DNA of 63,993 bases, filler included, from Circinaria calcarea (GCA_051942165.1; 8 parts of 8 records of this genome joined end to end with filler, not necessarily neighbours in it); one strand, 5' to 3'. Counted from the first letter of the whole stretch, positions 13,978-27,713 are shown. Notes: generated by a model from the letters alone, not told the origin. Translations and numbers: made by a program.

Positions 13978-15187
13978 TCATTCAAGCCACTCCACGCTCT
14001 GCTGATTTGCCTTCGCAAAAGTTGCCGCTACTATCAAAGGAAACACGACGGTAGCCTCAGCGAAGACCTGGCTTACATTAGCAACCCGCACAACAGAATC
14101 TTCGCTTGTTATCTACCTTAACGCTATCCGCTCCAACCTTGATCTTTCCCCAGCTGACAGCTTCGTCCGGTCTCGCTCCTGCATCACTACCGTCGAACTC
14201 TTGTCCGGTATTGATGTAGACTGCGCTTTCAGCCCCGTTTCGCATGAGGCACGCATTAGCAATATGATGTTTAACGATCCCCCCGCCAAGTATGATCATT
14301 CCAGCCCTCTTCGCAACCAAGGACATGCCGTTGATCCTTCGAATATCCCGAGTGATACTGATGTCGAGTACCTTGGGGGACGACTTGAACGTGTGAAAGT
14401 ACAGCATATCTCCGAGACTCCCGTCGGTCAGAGCCGGACAGAACACCGGGATATCATTCATATACGCCCACCAGTAGATTGATGATTGATTGTTGATTTC
14501 CTTGCCCAGCCGGTGAATGACCTTGCTAGGCGTCCAAACCAAGGGTTCCTTGCTCTCCTTTGAAGCTTCTTGCTCTGCCAGCATCTGATCGAGAATCGGC
14601 ATGACCCAGTCTTCGAATGCGCAGTAATTATCGTTGGGGACGATTAAGTTTCCAATGCGATTCATACCCTTGGCTCTCAACTCGGCACCCGCCGACGAAA
14701 ACGAGCCGAGGTAGGTAGGAGCTAGGCACTTGATGAGATCTTCCTCTATACCGCCTGCGGTCGTCACGATTGCAGACACATGTTTATGCTGCACCAGATA
14801 TCGAATAGTCTCTCGTAAGCCAGAGGAAACGAGGTTCGAAGTGTAACCCAGGAAGATGGTGGTCTTCTCTCCGGTCTCCGGATCACTCCAGGTTCTCTGG
14901 AGATCAGCTGTCAGCGTCGTCCCAGCATATCAAGTAGATAGCACTACCATATCATTGATGATCCGCGTAGCCTCCGTCACGGCACTAGCTTGAAATCCCA
15001 TGTTGGTCATTCCAGCCACCAGCTCGCAGACGGTGATGTCTCGGCCGGCATAGTCATCGAAATCTATGCCGTCCACTTCTCGCATTCCCGCCGTGACCGG
15101 GTCCGAAGGCTTGAGGACGGAATCGGTTGCGAGAGAAGGTGCTCGATTAGGTGCGCCATTCTTTTTCAGTTTGCCTAGAAACGCCAT
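13978..15187 (-). CDS. DYS1: Deoxyhypusine synthase
   Basis: [70 protein letters not shown]; two introns. Confidence 0.96.
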
Positions 15188-15981
15188 GCTTCTGGTAGAC
15201 GGTAGGGTCCGGTTTTGGATTTTGATTCCCCCGGCGTAGAGGATGCAGAATGCCCTCGAGTAAAAACGTATAGAGTCAGAGAATAACAAGTATGGAAAAC
15301 GTGATTTGTAGATTCACACTGATTGACAGGATTATCGGTACTCTTGCCAGGATTCACATGTATACCAGGATAGCAGAAGGATTAGAAATATGGTCTATGG
15401 ATATGGAAGCTAGTATCATGAGAGATGAAATCTAACAAACGCAAAAACGTGTCCCAACTCCAATAATCAGAAATTTCTCGTCTCCCTAGTGGTTGGAGTT
15501 TCACTTGCAACTTGCGAAGCCGCAATGGCTGCCATGATCTCAGAACGGGTCTGTGCGCAGCCCTACAGCAACAGCGACTTCGCGATTGCAGTCATTGCAA
15601 AAGTCCAGCAGCTACATAATGCCACCCGGAGAGATTCATACCGCTTTGTCTCGACGGAAGCTCAACATTCTGATGATATACCTCCTGATATCTCCTACCC
15701 CCGACTAAACCTCCCTCCACGCGTACCCCGACGCAACAGACCAAACCACCCCCAAATAACATGTCCTACGTACGGTATCCAGCCAGCCAGCACCCATCTC
15801 CATCCAACCAACCCCCTACCAATAAAATTCCCTTTCAAACACACTCCCCCCCAAAAAACCCACTCTACATTCCCAAGTACCTCTTCCCTACTCCCATCCA
15901 TTTCACCTCCATCGCTTTACCCCGGAAAAAAAATCCTAACCAAACACCGCCCCCTTCCCCCCTCTGCCACAAATGTTGGTT

Positions 15982-16081
15982 NNNNNNNNNNNNNNNNNNN
16001 NNNNNNNNNNNNNNNNNNNNNNNNNTTAATTAATTAANNNNNNNNNNNNNNNNNNNNNNNNNNNNNNNNNNNNNNNNNNNN
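15982..16081. other. Artificial contig linker
   Basis: N-TTAATTAATTAA-N, 100 bp. Confidence 0.98.
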
Positions 16082-17211
16082 AATGGTGTACCGGCTCTCT
16101 GCCTAGCCTGTTCGACGAGGTGATGGAAACCATCCATCCAAGTATCCCCATCACGATAATTCGTGGGATTGCTCGACTCTTCCTGCGACGCTTATACAGT
16201 CAGGAAGAGACAGAAGAGATAAGGGGCATATGCAAAGCTACTGGGATTGAGTTGTATCTGCTGGTGGCCTTCAATGTGCTTCTGGACATACTCATGGGAT
16301 GCACCAGTGGCAGTGTCCGAGTCAAGGATGGTTCGGGAAAACTGAACATGCTACACTTTCGAACCCTGGACTGGGGTATGGATGCCTTGCGGAAGTTAGT
16401 TGTGCGCCTTGATTTTGTCGAGCATCCCGGTGGTCCCGTCATTGCCTCGACAGTCACGTACTTTGGCTACGTCGGAGTCTTGACTGGCGTAAGGAAAGGA
16501 TTAAGCATATCTCTCAACTTCCGGCCCACGCACGATGTGAGCACTCGATTCGCCGACTTCCGTTTCCACTTACATCATATGCTTGTTCTCCTAGGACGGC
16601 GACCCTCAATCTCTGCAATCCTGCGTCAGTGTCTCTTACCCTCACAACTGGCTTCCTCGAATACGCTATCTAGCGGAGTTTCTCCCAATATAAACTCATC
16701 ATCCACGCTGGCTGATATCTGGCGGCACATTCCAGGTATACCGTCAACCGCAGCGTATCTAACGTTCAGTGACGGAACCAGGACAATCACAATGGAGAAG
16801 GACAACGGGTCCGCCGTAGTCAAGTCTGCGGAGGACTTCATCGTAATTGCCAATCATGATGTTGCCGATGAAGTGGATTCAGTCGAAGGCCCAGAAAGGG
16901 CTCCTACCACGTTGGAGCACGTGAAAGTTGTCGGTATGGAGGATCTGATCGAGGAGAGCTTTGATCGCAGGAAATGTATATCTGAGTTGTGGGCTGGGGT
17001 AGCGGTGAGGCAAAGAGCCATGCCGGCTGGTAGAGATGGTGCGTCTAACAAGCTAGCTATCAATTCGGAGACTCTGAAGAAGTGGATGGATATCTACCCG
17101 ATCACGAACGAGGAAACACATTTTGTGTGCGTAATGGACCCCAAAGCAGGCAAGATTCTTTGGGTTAAGCACTATTTGGAACCTATCGAACCCAAGGACG
17201 ATAGTGAATAG
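16082..17211 (+). CDS. Acid ceramidase / N-acylethanolamine acid amidase-like Ntn hydrolase (5' truncated)
   Basis: EEIRGI..A, LDILMG-CTSG (autocleavage Cys nucleophile), HFRTLDWGM, GYVGVLTGVRKGLSISLNFR, THFVCVMDP. Confidence 0.88.
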
Positions 17212-18398
17212 AAAGAAACCTACCAGCTTTGGAAGCGGCGTGTAATACAGCATCTCTCTCCTCGAAGGCCAGTCGATTGCCTGTTAAGGAATCCATTGAT
17301 CTCCCTACATTGATGGCAGTATGGATATGATGTCTATGCAGGTCGCTGCCGCCGATTTACAAGCCCAAGCCCTTTAATGGGTCTTCCCCCAGGTTAGATA
17401 GAAACCTGTATTACTCTAGTGAGAATTGAATCAAAACACCACTTTAATTCCGTTGCCTATTCGCCATCTTAAATCTAACAACGCTTGTGCAAATGCGTCT
17501 TCATCTCCATCTAAAAAGGAGTTCGGGGGTAGCTCGACTGGCCTCCCTCATTTCCGCTTGCTTCTCGTAAAATCCATCGAACGTTACATTTCCCATTAAG
17601 CCGTTTTGGTACTCCAAACAAGGGGATTCTATTGATTCCTTCTATCCATAAGATAGCGTAGCCCATCGCTGGCGATGCGATGGACTTTAGATCAAAGAAG
17701 ATGTTACACCTAGATCTTGTCACTCGTGCTCGAGGCATCGACCCCCTTCTTTCCAGTTTCTGTATCAATAATTGGCTGCAGGTTTTTGGTTTTTGGTTTT
17801 TCCTTTTTTAGTAAGGGGGGGGGGACATTTTCAAGCCGTCTTGGCATTCGAGCCCGCAGGGAGGAAATTCTAGAGTTTGTAGAGGAGCTGTGGTCCGTGG
17901 ATCTTGGCCGTTACGATTAACCAGAGGTCGATAAACTGCCCGTCTCAGGTGGGAGAGTAATCTGGAAAGGATCTCGTGTGTCAACGGTGCCTGGGAAGAT
18001 TAGGACATAGGATTTTGTGCGTTTTGGTCAGCTTTTCCTCGTTCGATAGAGCTTGCTATTGCTCTTCTACATTATTATCACGGGTGTGAATTGCAAGTCA
18101 TGAGGAATTTAGGGTCTGATTTCTTCCATTTATGCTCAAAAGCAGGCTTTATTGCCCTTTGTTTGGCCAGCTAACCAATAGAAAGCGCGTCCCTTCTCCT
18201 GGCGATTATGATCCGAATTATTATTTTGGGTCACGTTGGAGCCAACAGATTGATCTTTATAGCCATCCCTTGTGTTCTACAGACCACCATGGTTCAGCAG
18301 TATTCGCCATCCTAACCCACAGGTACCATCGCCCTCGATACAACTCCTTGATGTCATCAATAAGTACGCGAGCGCCCCCAGAAATTTGTTGCCATTTC

Positions 18399-21300
18399 TC
18401 AACTGAGTTCGAAAAGCGCCTGGATACTCCCAATAAACAACGTCACAAACGCCAACATGTAGGCCGCAACCCCTGAAGCCCCCTGCAGGTCATGTTGGAG
18501 CGCCCCCCAACAAATCAAAAAGACTAGGCTCGCCAGCAGCAAGAGGACGAAGGCAAGCAGCCAGATGATGTTGTAGTGCCAGCCCTCGATGAAATGAATA
18601 CCCCATCCCAGCCCGGTACCTTTGGTTGGGCAGACAAGCAACCGATCCCTGAGTTTCTTGGGGATGCGATCGAGGCAGAGGGCATCTACATCATCTGCAT
18701 CTTCGGGATGGGAGCAAAGATGCATCATCATGTTCTCGCCGATGGGAGGGATAATCTCAGCGGGAATAGGACGGTAACGGTACTCGTCTTTTTTATCTTC
18801 GGGGGGGATGTCGTCCTGTTTGCGTATGTCGACAAGTTGGGATTTGTACATTTCAAATTGCACGAACTTGATCTGTTTGAGTGTCTTAAGAGAGAGGCTA
18901 TATCTAACACGTCCTCTGAGGCCACGATAGTTTTCCCTGAGTAAATTGAAGAATGATTGGTCGGTGCAGATATGCTGGAGCTCGGGCTGAATAAGCTTAG
19001 TTGCATACTTCCGGTGTGGTATGCAGAGAAGGAGATATAGGCTATCAGCTAAGGGTGCCGTTGTAGGCAGGCCTCCATTCCCGGGTTGCTCCGTTGTGTT
19101 GAATTGTGGTAAGGATGATTGATTATTGGGTTTGTCGTTATTATTTTTACCAAAAGCGAAACCTAGCATCCGAAGCCCTCGGAATAGGCCACTAAATGAC
19201 CCTGAGCCCTTAGTGTCATCCCGTGGATTGAGATGCTCTCGAAGCTGGCTCTCGTAACGTTTCACCGCACCAGAGCGAAGCTCCAGGAAGTCATCATAGG
19301 ACTGATATCCGCATCGGCAAGTCCAAAACAATCGCTTCTTGCCCGGATTAATAGGCGGATTGGAAACCCCCATGCTCACTAGTATGCAGCCAAGTCCAAG
19401 CCACGAGCTACTGATCACATAAAACTCAGACATCGTCCGGTTTCTCCAGGTAACGGTCAGCCACCGCTTAAACGGAGCGAATGTTGCATATTCTAAAAAT
19501 GTGAGCAGCGTGACTAACGCTAATTGGATCTTGGTGGATTTGGTACTCGAATGCTACATATGAAGTTAGCCCTAGTCTCTTCTGCTCAGACTTCTGTAGT
19601 TCTTTTAGTTAACCCTACTAACCTTCTTTGGTGCCTCATGGGCGAAGAGCGTAGCCTTGGAATTATGTTCAATACCACGAGTTGAGCAAACAATCACGGA
19701 ATCTTTGGGAGAATCTTCCAGTTGTGGCTTTGTTAGCTCATCAGTGCTGGCATATTTGACTTCCCCGGATTTATGCATCCCATGTCTCTTCCTCTGATGG
19801 CTCACCAGCTTATCACGACGATAGAATCCCTTCGCCCCATTGTATTTGCACCCCTTCACATTACAATTAAAGAGCTTGGTGCTAGTATCGTGCTTTCTCA
19901 TATGGCGCTGCAGGTCGGATGAGCGGCTGGAGGAACGGACGCAGCCAGGGTGGAGGCAGGCAAAGCGGTCATTAGAGGCTTTGGTAGCGATACTCGCAGT
20001 GGGAATTGCAGAGAAGGTATCTGTACCAGGGCTTGTGAAAGACACAGGCTCACTAATCCGAGTTGAGCCAATGTTCATGGAGTTTGAACGATTCTGAGGA
20101 TCTTCAGGTTGTGGCTCTATCAGCTCATCAGCGCTAGTATATTTAACTTCCCCGGATTGAGATTTCCGCGGCTGCGCATATAAGTCTTCGATCTTGGGAT
20201 CAATGAGGCTTGCCTCAGCTCCTTGTCCACGACGTACACAGAATGACTTGTCGATCTGGGTAAGAGCAACACTCTCTTTCTGGTGACTATCAACTGCCAA
20301 AACATTGTTATAGGACCTGATCTGGCTTCCCGATTCGACAAATCCTTGCGGGACTACACTAAGATCGTCCTTGATTTTTGCATCTTTTTCATTCACATCT
20401 AGCTTTTGGATACCTCCAGTGACTTCCACATTTTCCATAGCCATGAATTCCTGGAAGGATTTGAAGGTCTTAGGTAAGCCCCTTTCAACCCTATCAGCCA
20501 AATGTAAGTCTTTTCCCAATGGTATATGAATGACAGGTTTAGGCAATGTAAATGAATTTCGCTCTAGCCCTGTTAGAGTATAAGCGGAGAGTGATGGTAC
20601 AGATCTCCAAATTTTAGGGCTTAGGCCATAGGAGTTCGCACTAAACTTACCGTCGGTAAACTTAGAGCGTGAGTAACTTTCCTGGAATTTTTGCTGGGAA
20701 TTTGGGTCTGTCGGGCCTGCTTGGAGGAAGCCTCGTATGATATTCTCCGTGACATCAGGTCGTATTTGTTTAAACCCCATGTTGATATCCAATTGCTCCT
20801 GCTTTGTGGTGCTGGCCGAAGTAGACAGTAAATCACTCTCGTTTGGCCCTTCCCAAACCGGGCTTTTTACCCAAGAAGACCAGCCCTTCCCCTCTTTCTC
20901 TTTCCCCTTCCTTTCCTTCCTCGCGCTCTTTCTTTCCGTCTTCGCCGGCTTCTCCATGGCTTGAAACTCCGAGATGCCTATCCAGGACTGCTCTCTCACG
21001 CTTTCGTTTTCGAACCGTTGCATGGGGTTGTAGAATTGGGAGAAGGAAGAGGGGGAGGGTTTGGGGTGGTATTGGGATTGATAGGCCCCCGTATTGGATG
21101 AAAAGGAGGTGGATGAGAACGAGGAAGGGGGGTAGTAGGCAGAGCGATTAACCGGATAGTATTGGGGTTGGTGGACCCCTTTTTCCAAGATTTCATAGGA
21201 CTTATATATGGATGGATCGGCCATCTCAGCCGAAGATTCATTATCGACGCCTTCGTGGTTCTTTCTAATCTCTCGTACAAGGGTATCATCTTCCGTCATC

Positions 21301-22781
21301 GCAACCAGGATCGAGGAAGGTCCTCGCTGGGACAGCTTGCGCCCTTGGATTGGTGGATAGCTTTGTTGGTCGTTACTCTCCCGTATTTGCTGAACAGATG
21401 CAAGTCCTGACAAAGAATCTAGTACAGTATCAACGGCTGGCACCAGGACAGGGATGGCATTTTGGATTTCCAGAGGGTCTCGAGTCAAATCTAACGCTCC
21501 AGTACGCTACATTCAACGTCAGCATAAAGGCAATCTATTGAATCGGAAATACAGCGAGCAGTCTACTTACGGTGACTTTTTCAAACGATGCACGCCCTTC
21601 TTCAGTCATCATTCTCCTTCCCTTCAATCTCGCGGTGATTAAAGACTCCCGTAAAATAGATATTTGTTGCCTACTAAGTGCATCTGGCGCGCCCAGCGGA
21701 AGCAGCTCAATAGGACTGAAGGAGCACAGTAGCTCCAAGCGTATGCAGCTTAAACATCGATAGAGCGGATCATTAGGTACAAGATAACAAGACGAATTTC
21801 GATATTTGCAACCAGCTGCGAAATCTTTAAATATCGTACTTGCATAAGTCTTTTCAGTGAATTTTGCTTACTGCAGGTGAAACAACGAACACGTGACGGG
21901 ATTATTCCCGGTTGTGGTGGTTGGGATTTGGGGTTTCGGATAGTGTTTGCAGATAGAACAGGGTCGTCTAACCATTCGCCAATCGGAAAACTCGGCGACG
22001 ATATTGTATCAATAAGACGAGACGGAGCCTGTTTCTGGCTCCATTCGAAATGTAGTCTTCCACTCAGCTGCGCGAGAAGCTCAACTACTTCAGCTTGGCC
22101 TTTCTCTGATACGCTTATCAACTCTTCGAAGTCCAGTTTAGCTCTCCAAGTCCCGGCATTGTGCAACCTGTTAAAGATCTGAGACTGTATTCGCGTACAT
22201 ATTTCGGTCAGGCTTTTTAAGATTAACCCTTCAAAGTTGATTAGATTAATAGTTATAGATATAAGGTATCCTAACTCACGGTCTCCTTCTCTAAACGCAT
22301 CCCCGCAGGTTCTATAACCGTTATGATATGATTTTCCTATAAACGCACTTCCTTTATGGAGAGAAGCCTTCAACAGCCAGATTGAATCTTTTAGCTCAGG
22401 GAATACGTTCATATAACCAACTAAAGGCCGGTTATCGATAGATTTTAAGAGTTTGAAAGACTCATTGTAAAGCAACCACAAGGCTAAAATACGATCTAGA
22501 ACTTTGCCAAACGTATAAAACGGTTGTAGTGAATGAAATTCGTTTGGTGTTTTTGGGGGACTCTCATATTGGTAGATATCGAAATTGACGCACTCGCTTG
22601 GTAGTTTATGATTGACGCGGCGGAGGCTTAGTGGGTTATGGTTAAGCCTGCCTGTGTTATCTTTTTTTCTTTGACTCTCGCTTTGTTCCATGCTAGCCTT
22701 TACCCTTGCATCATCTAATTGCTCCTTCTCCTTCGCGTTCCCCACAGCCATCTTCACTATGTTTTCTTCTTGCGTTTCCAT
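18399..22781 (-). CDS. Uncharacterised ~1397-aa protein with Zn(II)2Cys6 cluster, two C2H2 fingers and C-terminal transmembrane domain
   Basis: Exons 22781-21872, 21815-21571, 21506-19623, 19553-18399. Three GT-AG introns (56, 64, 69 nt) join the ORFs in frame (4194 nt). Motifs: CTGCKYRNSSCYLVPNDPLYRCLSCIRLELLC; CLHPGC..HMRKH; CNVKGC..HQRKRH; WTCRCG..YDDF; GWGIHFIEGW followed by two hydrophobic helices. Confidence 0.7.
19678..20158. repeat. Diverged ~95-bp direct repeat (19678-19771 and 20059-20158) bracketing the C2H2 fingers
   Basis: Shared cgagttgagc..atcttc..gttgtggct..agctcatcag.gct....atatt.acttccccggatt; peptides SGEVKYTSADELIEPQPED and SGEVKYASTDELTKPQLED. Confidence 0.85.
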
Positions 22782-24021
22782 ATTGTTTTGAAGTTCTCGC
22801 TACTGTATGCCTAATTTGCTCGTTCCCACTAGTCAGTATACTTCTTCTGTCCAGCTGTCAATTACCCGCTCCTGTGACGTCAACGAGGGACGTGATAGAC
22901 CTTGTCTGTTGATTTCAGATAGCCATTACATAGAGATAATTCTTGTTAGGTTGACGTTACTTACTTACGTGTTGTTCCCCTTGAAGCATGCCCTGACGAG
23001 ATTGGTAAAGCTGCAGCAATCTCTACAGCGTCGGCTCAATTGCAAACGAAGAAGAACGAGGCGGAAACAGTCTTATCCACACTGTATTTAAGCCACTTGG
23101 GGGTTTTAGCAATTTCCTTGCTAGAAATTTGTTATGCTCGGGAGCACGGCACCGATAAGCTAAGCCTGATACTGTAAAGCACGGAGCGCAAGCCGGCAGA
23201 AACTGTGTGGTCGTATTGGTCCACTAGCATAACATAGCTCCGTTGTGGATGCACAATGGAGCTATGTAAGGCCAGGCGGGGGTGGCATGGCAGACGAGTA
23301 TTGATTGGCTGGGAGCACTGTTATTCCGGGCCTACCTAACAATAACACAAAACTGCTAAAACCCCCAACTGCGACCGATAAATGCCTTGCAGTTCGCCAA
23401 TGTTGCTCAGCCTCGCGCATACCGCAGCGGCTGTGCACGTAACCACACACTATCCACTGGCGATACATGATACAAGGCTGGAGGACTAGGACTAAGATCC
23501 ACCAAGCTGCGCCACATTATGGCGATGAAAAAGAAACATGATACAAATGTAAACATCGTAATTGGGTGTGTATAACGAATGTGAAATAGATCGTTGTCAT
23601 GCTCGGAAAACATCGGCCCGACGCTGGAGTACCGTACCTTAGCCCGTATAATACATGCACCTCCAGCCTCAAGCCTACCATGTACTATCTCCTAGTACCC
23701 ATTACTATAGAGAAATACGAGTGAAATTGGAACCTCTGTAAATAAACATTCTCCATCTTAATTTTTCCTTCCATTATATCTCTTCTTAATCCCCTCTCAC
23801 CACTACAGGAACTAACCCTGACATGAACCGTGATGATTTACCCCAAAAACCCAACCAGTCGTCGAAACTTACACAATTCGCCTAATGTCTCTTCTCTACA
23901 GGCCCCTTACCATGTGTCCTAGCTCCCCTCCACAACCTACGGCTTACTCTTCAATCACTACTCCATCGATGTAAGAAATGGCCAACTGCCTTCACACTCC
24001 TCACCCCTCACTCCCCCCACT

Positions 24022-24121
24022 NNNNNNNNNNNNNNNNNNNNNNNNNNNNNNNNNNNNNNNNNNNNTTAATTAATTAANNNNNNNNNNNNNNNNNNNNNNN
24101 NNNNNNNNNNNNNNNNNNNNN
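24022..24121. other. Artificial contig linker
   Basis: N-TTAATTAATTAA-N, 100 bp. Confidence 0.98.
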
Positions 24122-25071
24122 GAGCCCAGCCGTCCTCGGCGCGGAATTCAAGCAGGTTCGATGCTGGCACGATAGAGCGGATATGTTCGCAGTGTTCGAG
24201 GTAGCCCTGTCGTAGTTTAATGCGATTGTAGGGCTCCCCATGTGTCCAGAAACAGAGTACAAGGTTTAGAATTTCGGTGTAGGGCCCAATAAGCGCCTAT
24301 GGTCTATCAGTAATGATGAGGTAGGATAGGAGAAGGACTTCTAGATGTAAAGATGGGTGTGCTAGGATTAAAAAGACTCTGAAAATTGTAGAAAGAAGGA
24401 AATGGAAACGTACTTGATCAAGAGCCGCAAGCCATTGCCAATAGCGCCACCCCAGAATCCTATAATATGATGCTTCCATCGACTTGAGCCATTTATCAGG
24501 ATCACGGTTTGTGAGAATGACTTTGGCATCCGGATAGGCCGCCAGCAGCTCGTCTGCGAATATAACACAAGGGGCGTCTGTGATGGCCTATGTCTTGCAA
24601 TCGTATTTCAGCCAGGGTTCACCTCCATCCTTCTGGGCAGATCTAGCCTCCCAGTCTCAACTTCTCTCGAAGCAAGTCGTAAGATAAAGTATGCGGGGCG
24701 GCCAAACAAACACTATATCTTCCCAGAACCTTATCAAACTCCGCCTTCCCGTATTGCCTGCTGCGGTTATAATATTTGCATGCGAGTGCCTCACGCCAGT
24801 ATTCAACATGATCGGACTTGAAGTTTGCAAAAACCTCTTTCATATGATAGGCTTTATAGCCCAGCTTCTCGAGTGCATCGCTCATTGCTGGATTCACACG
24901 TTAGCCACAGTTCTGGTACCCTGCAACCAGTCAAAGAAAGGAGAAGCGAGGGAGAATCATACAAAAAGTCCCGGTACGAGAAAGGCCCAAAACGAGCACT
25001 TGCATTTCCACAGGACGTTTGGGGGAAAGAGGGATCCTGTCAATGGCGAGGGCATTCGGAGCGGTAGCCAT
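24122..25071 (-). CDS. P-loop sulfotransferase-like protein (Sulfotransfer_4 family), 3' truncated
   Basis: Spliced product MQVLVLGLSRTGT..ALEKLGY..YHM..FDKVLG.YSAITDAPC..ELLAAYPDAKVILTNRDPDKWLKS..VPASNLLEF..DGW. Confidence 0.85.
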
Positions 25072-25743
25072 GTTAATAGATAATCACTGTTTGACGGAGT
25101 AGCGTATGGCTGATGGTAAAGGAGGTCTTAGGTTAGGTACCAGTTGAAGAAGCGTTGTGATTCAAGGCGAAGACCTCTGAGGGTAACTGCATAAAACCCC
25201 GTCGACCGAGTCCACCATCATCTACTCCCTCTGTGATGACATTTGCACGGGCTTCCTGATACCGTGCCACAATGGCGCATCTGTAGGCAAAGGATTGTCT
25301 TCATAACTTGAAAGGATTCGGCCATGGGAAATGGATTACATGCTAACGAGGTTATTGAAACGGTTTATTTGCAGGGGTCTCGACGCGACTGTGTATTTTA
25401 TGTTTTGAAAGTTTGGTTCAGGTCGTTTGAAGCCAAGCAAAGGATTTCGGTAAAGATTCACACATGCATGAGCATGGTCTCCTGGTAGGCAGCTATCCCA
25501 GCTCCGCCTCCATTTACTAGAAAGACATGCTTGCCAATCGGAGCTCGCTTTGTTTGGTGTGGTGTTTCGTGGGCGGATACAGGTGAGGGCGGGCCTATGG
25601 TAGAGCGTCCCGTCATTACGTTCTCGTTTAGATATGCCCGATTCGAGTCAATCAAGAAACTACCGAGAATCTACAGATCCGTGGCATATCGTCCCAAAGT
25701 CTGACGGCCCTATGTCCTCTCTGACTACTACAACCTCAATAGC

Positions 25744-27713
25744 ATGATGGAGGATGTTCAGACCGAAGGCATAAAACCTTTGCCTCAGATAACAAGTGGA
25801 CAGTTTTCTATACCGGGGAAAGAAAAAGGCAATGATATTGCCCTATCCAGAGTCTCTACAGTAGGACGAGTGGAGTCGACCACCCAGCTAGTTGACGGCC
25901 AGCAAACAACAGTGTATCTTAGCAAATGGAGGCTTCAAGCAGTCAATCTGGCGTATGACTGTCCTGCTGTTGCGCCTTCTGATCCTAACTATATACCAGA
26001 GTTTGCATGAGTTTGTTTCTGTCGGATCTGGAAATGACAATAATCAGTACTTCATTAGTATCAATCACGAATACTTTGGCCGAGTTCCAGAAAAGCAGCT
26101 GGGTCGTGACAGCCTATCTAGTTACATTTACGGGTATGTCCCGGATGTACGACTACTTCGAATGCTGAGGTAGACAATCAGGATTTCTTGTTATCATTGC
26201 AAAGCTCAGTGATATATACGGGCGAAAAGCGCTACTAACGATATCCCTTATCATCTTCACCGTCTTCTCGGTGGCTTGTGGATTTGCTCAAACGTTGACC
26301 CAACTGTACGTCCTTTGCAGTTGAACTCGTATAAGAGATGCCGGCTGATGGGGACACCAGCGTGGTGTTTCGTGCTTTTCAAGGTATTGGAGGAGGCGGT
26401 ATGCACGCAATGTCTTGGGTGATACTTCCGGAAATGGTACCCAAGGAGAAGTATACTCTTTATGCGTCTGTGGTCTCTTCCACCTTTGCGTTGGCCAGTC
26501 TACTCGGTCCGCTTCTAGGCGGCCTCATCAACAACCATACTACATGGAGGTGGATATTCCTACTCAATGCTCCAGCCGGCGTCTTCACCATCGTGCTTGT
26601 CCTTCTCGCTTTACCCTCAAACTTCCCTCACCTGTCCAGCAAACCGCGGTGCTGGAAAGACATGTTCACGATACGAGAGACACGGAGAATCGACTTCCTA
26701 GGGGCTTTTCTGATACTAGCAGCGTCTGTCCTTTTCGTTTCCGCACTCGAGGAAGGAGGAACAACGTATACATGGCATAGTCCAGTTACGCTAACGTTAC
26801 TTGTTGTCTCTCTGCTCCTCTGGGTGGGATTCGTGCTCTGGGAGATGTATGAAGGGAAGCGGCCATCAGCCCGAGAGCCTGTGCTTCCATGGCGAGTGGT
26901 AACGAATCGATTTACCATGGGAACTCTACTGTGAGTACTTACTCTTTTGCCGTAGTGGCCAAACGCTTATCCAGAGCCACCCAGGAATTCTTTCTTCGTG
27001 GGATCCGTGTTTTTCGCCATTGTGATCAACCTCCCGCTGAAGTTTCAGGTGGTCAATGGAGATTCGCCCCTTGACGCAGGCTATCGATTGATCGCTCTAA
27101 CAGTATCGGTATCTGTTGGTGCAGGCATCTCGGCCCAGCTCATCCAGACGCTCAAGCTCGCCCCATTCCATGTCCTCCTCGGTGGAGCAGTCATGCAGAC
27201 TGTTGGGCTAGGTCTTATGATTTCTCTATCGATATCCCGACTCGACATTCAGCCTGCTCAATACGCATATCAAGTTATTCTTGGTGTAGGATTTGGGCTC
27301 AGCCTGGGATCTGTGGTACTAATGACTACTGTGGTATTTGAACAGCGCGACACGGGTAAGTCAAGTTCCTTTCCGAGCTCTCGTAAAGTACTCATAACCT
27401 TACAGCCATTGCCATGGGGTCTGTCGCCCAATTTCGCTTCCTCGGAGCATCGGTCATCCTAGCAATCTGCACCAACGTCCTGAACAATCGCGTCACGTCC
27501 GAGCTAGCCCCGAGTCTCTCCCGCAGCCAGCTGGCGGAGCTTCTTCAGTCCGCCGAATCGATCAAGAGCCTTCCTCTGCCCTTGCAGCAACTCGTTCGGG
27601 AAGTCTACGCCAAAGGATTCCGGGAACAGCTGCAAGTCATGACGGTATTTAGTGCCGCCGCCATCATGGCGACGCTTATGATGAGTGAGAAAAAGCCACG
27701 GAGGCAGGGGTAA
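25744..27713 (+). CDS. MFS multidrug/toxin efflux transporter (DHA2 type)
   Basis: KLSDIYGRK, FRAFQGIGGGG, LGPLLGG, WRWIFLLNAP, IDFLGAFL; many transmembrane helices; multi-exon. Confidence 0.9.

Noticed and set aside
15489..15981. 182-aa ORF divergent from DYS1
   Set aside because: Low-complexity and runs into the gap. A short first exon (ATGTCCTAC at 15761) of a truncated gene is possible but unidentifiable.
17300..18300. Possible gene remnant between the NAAA-like gene and the zinc-finger gene
   Set aside because: Frequent stops in all frames and no recognisable motif
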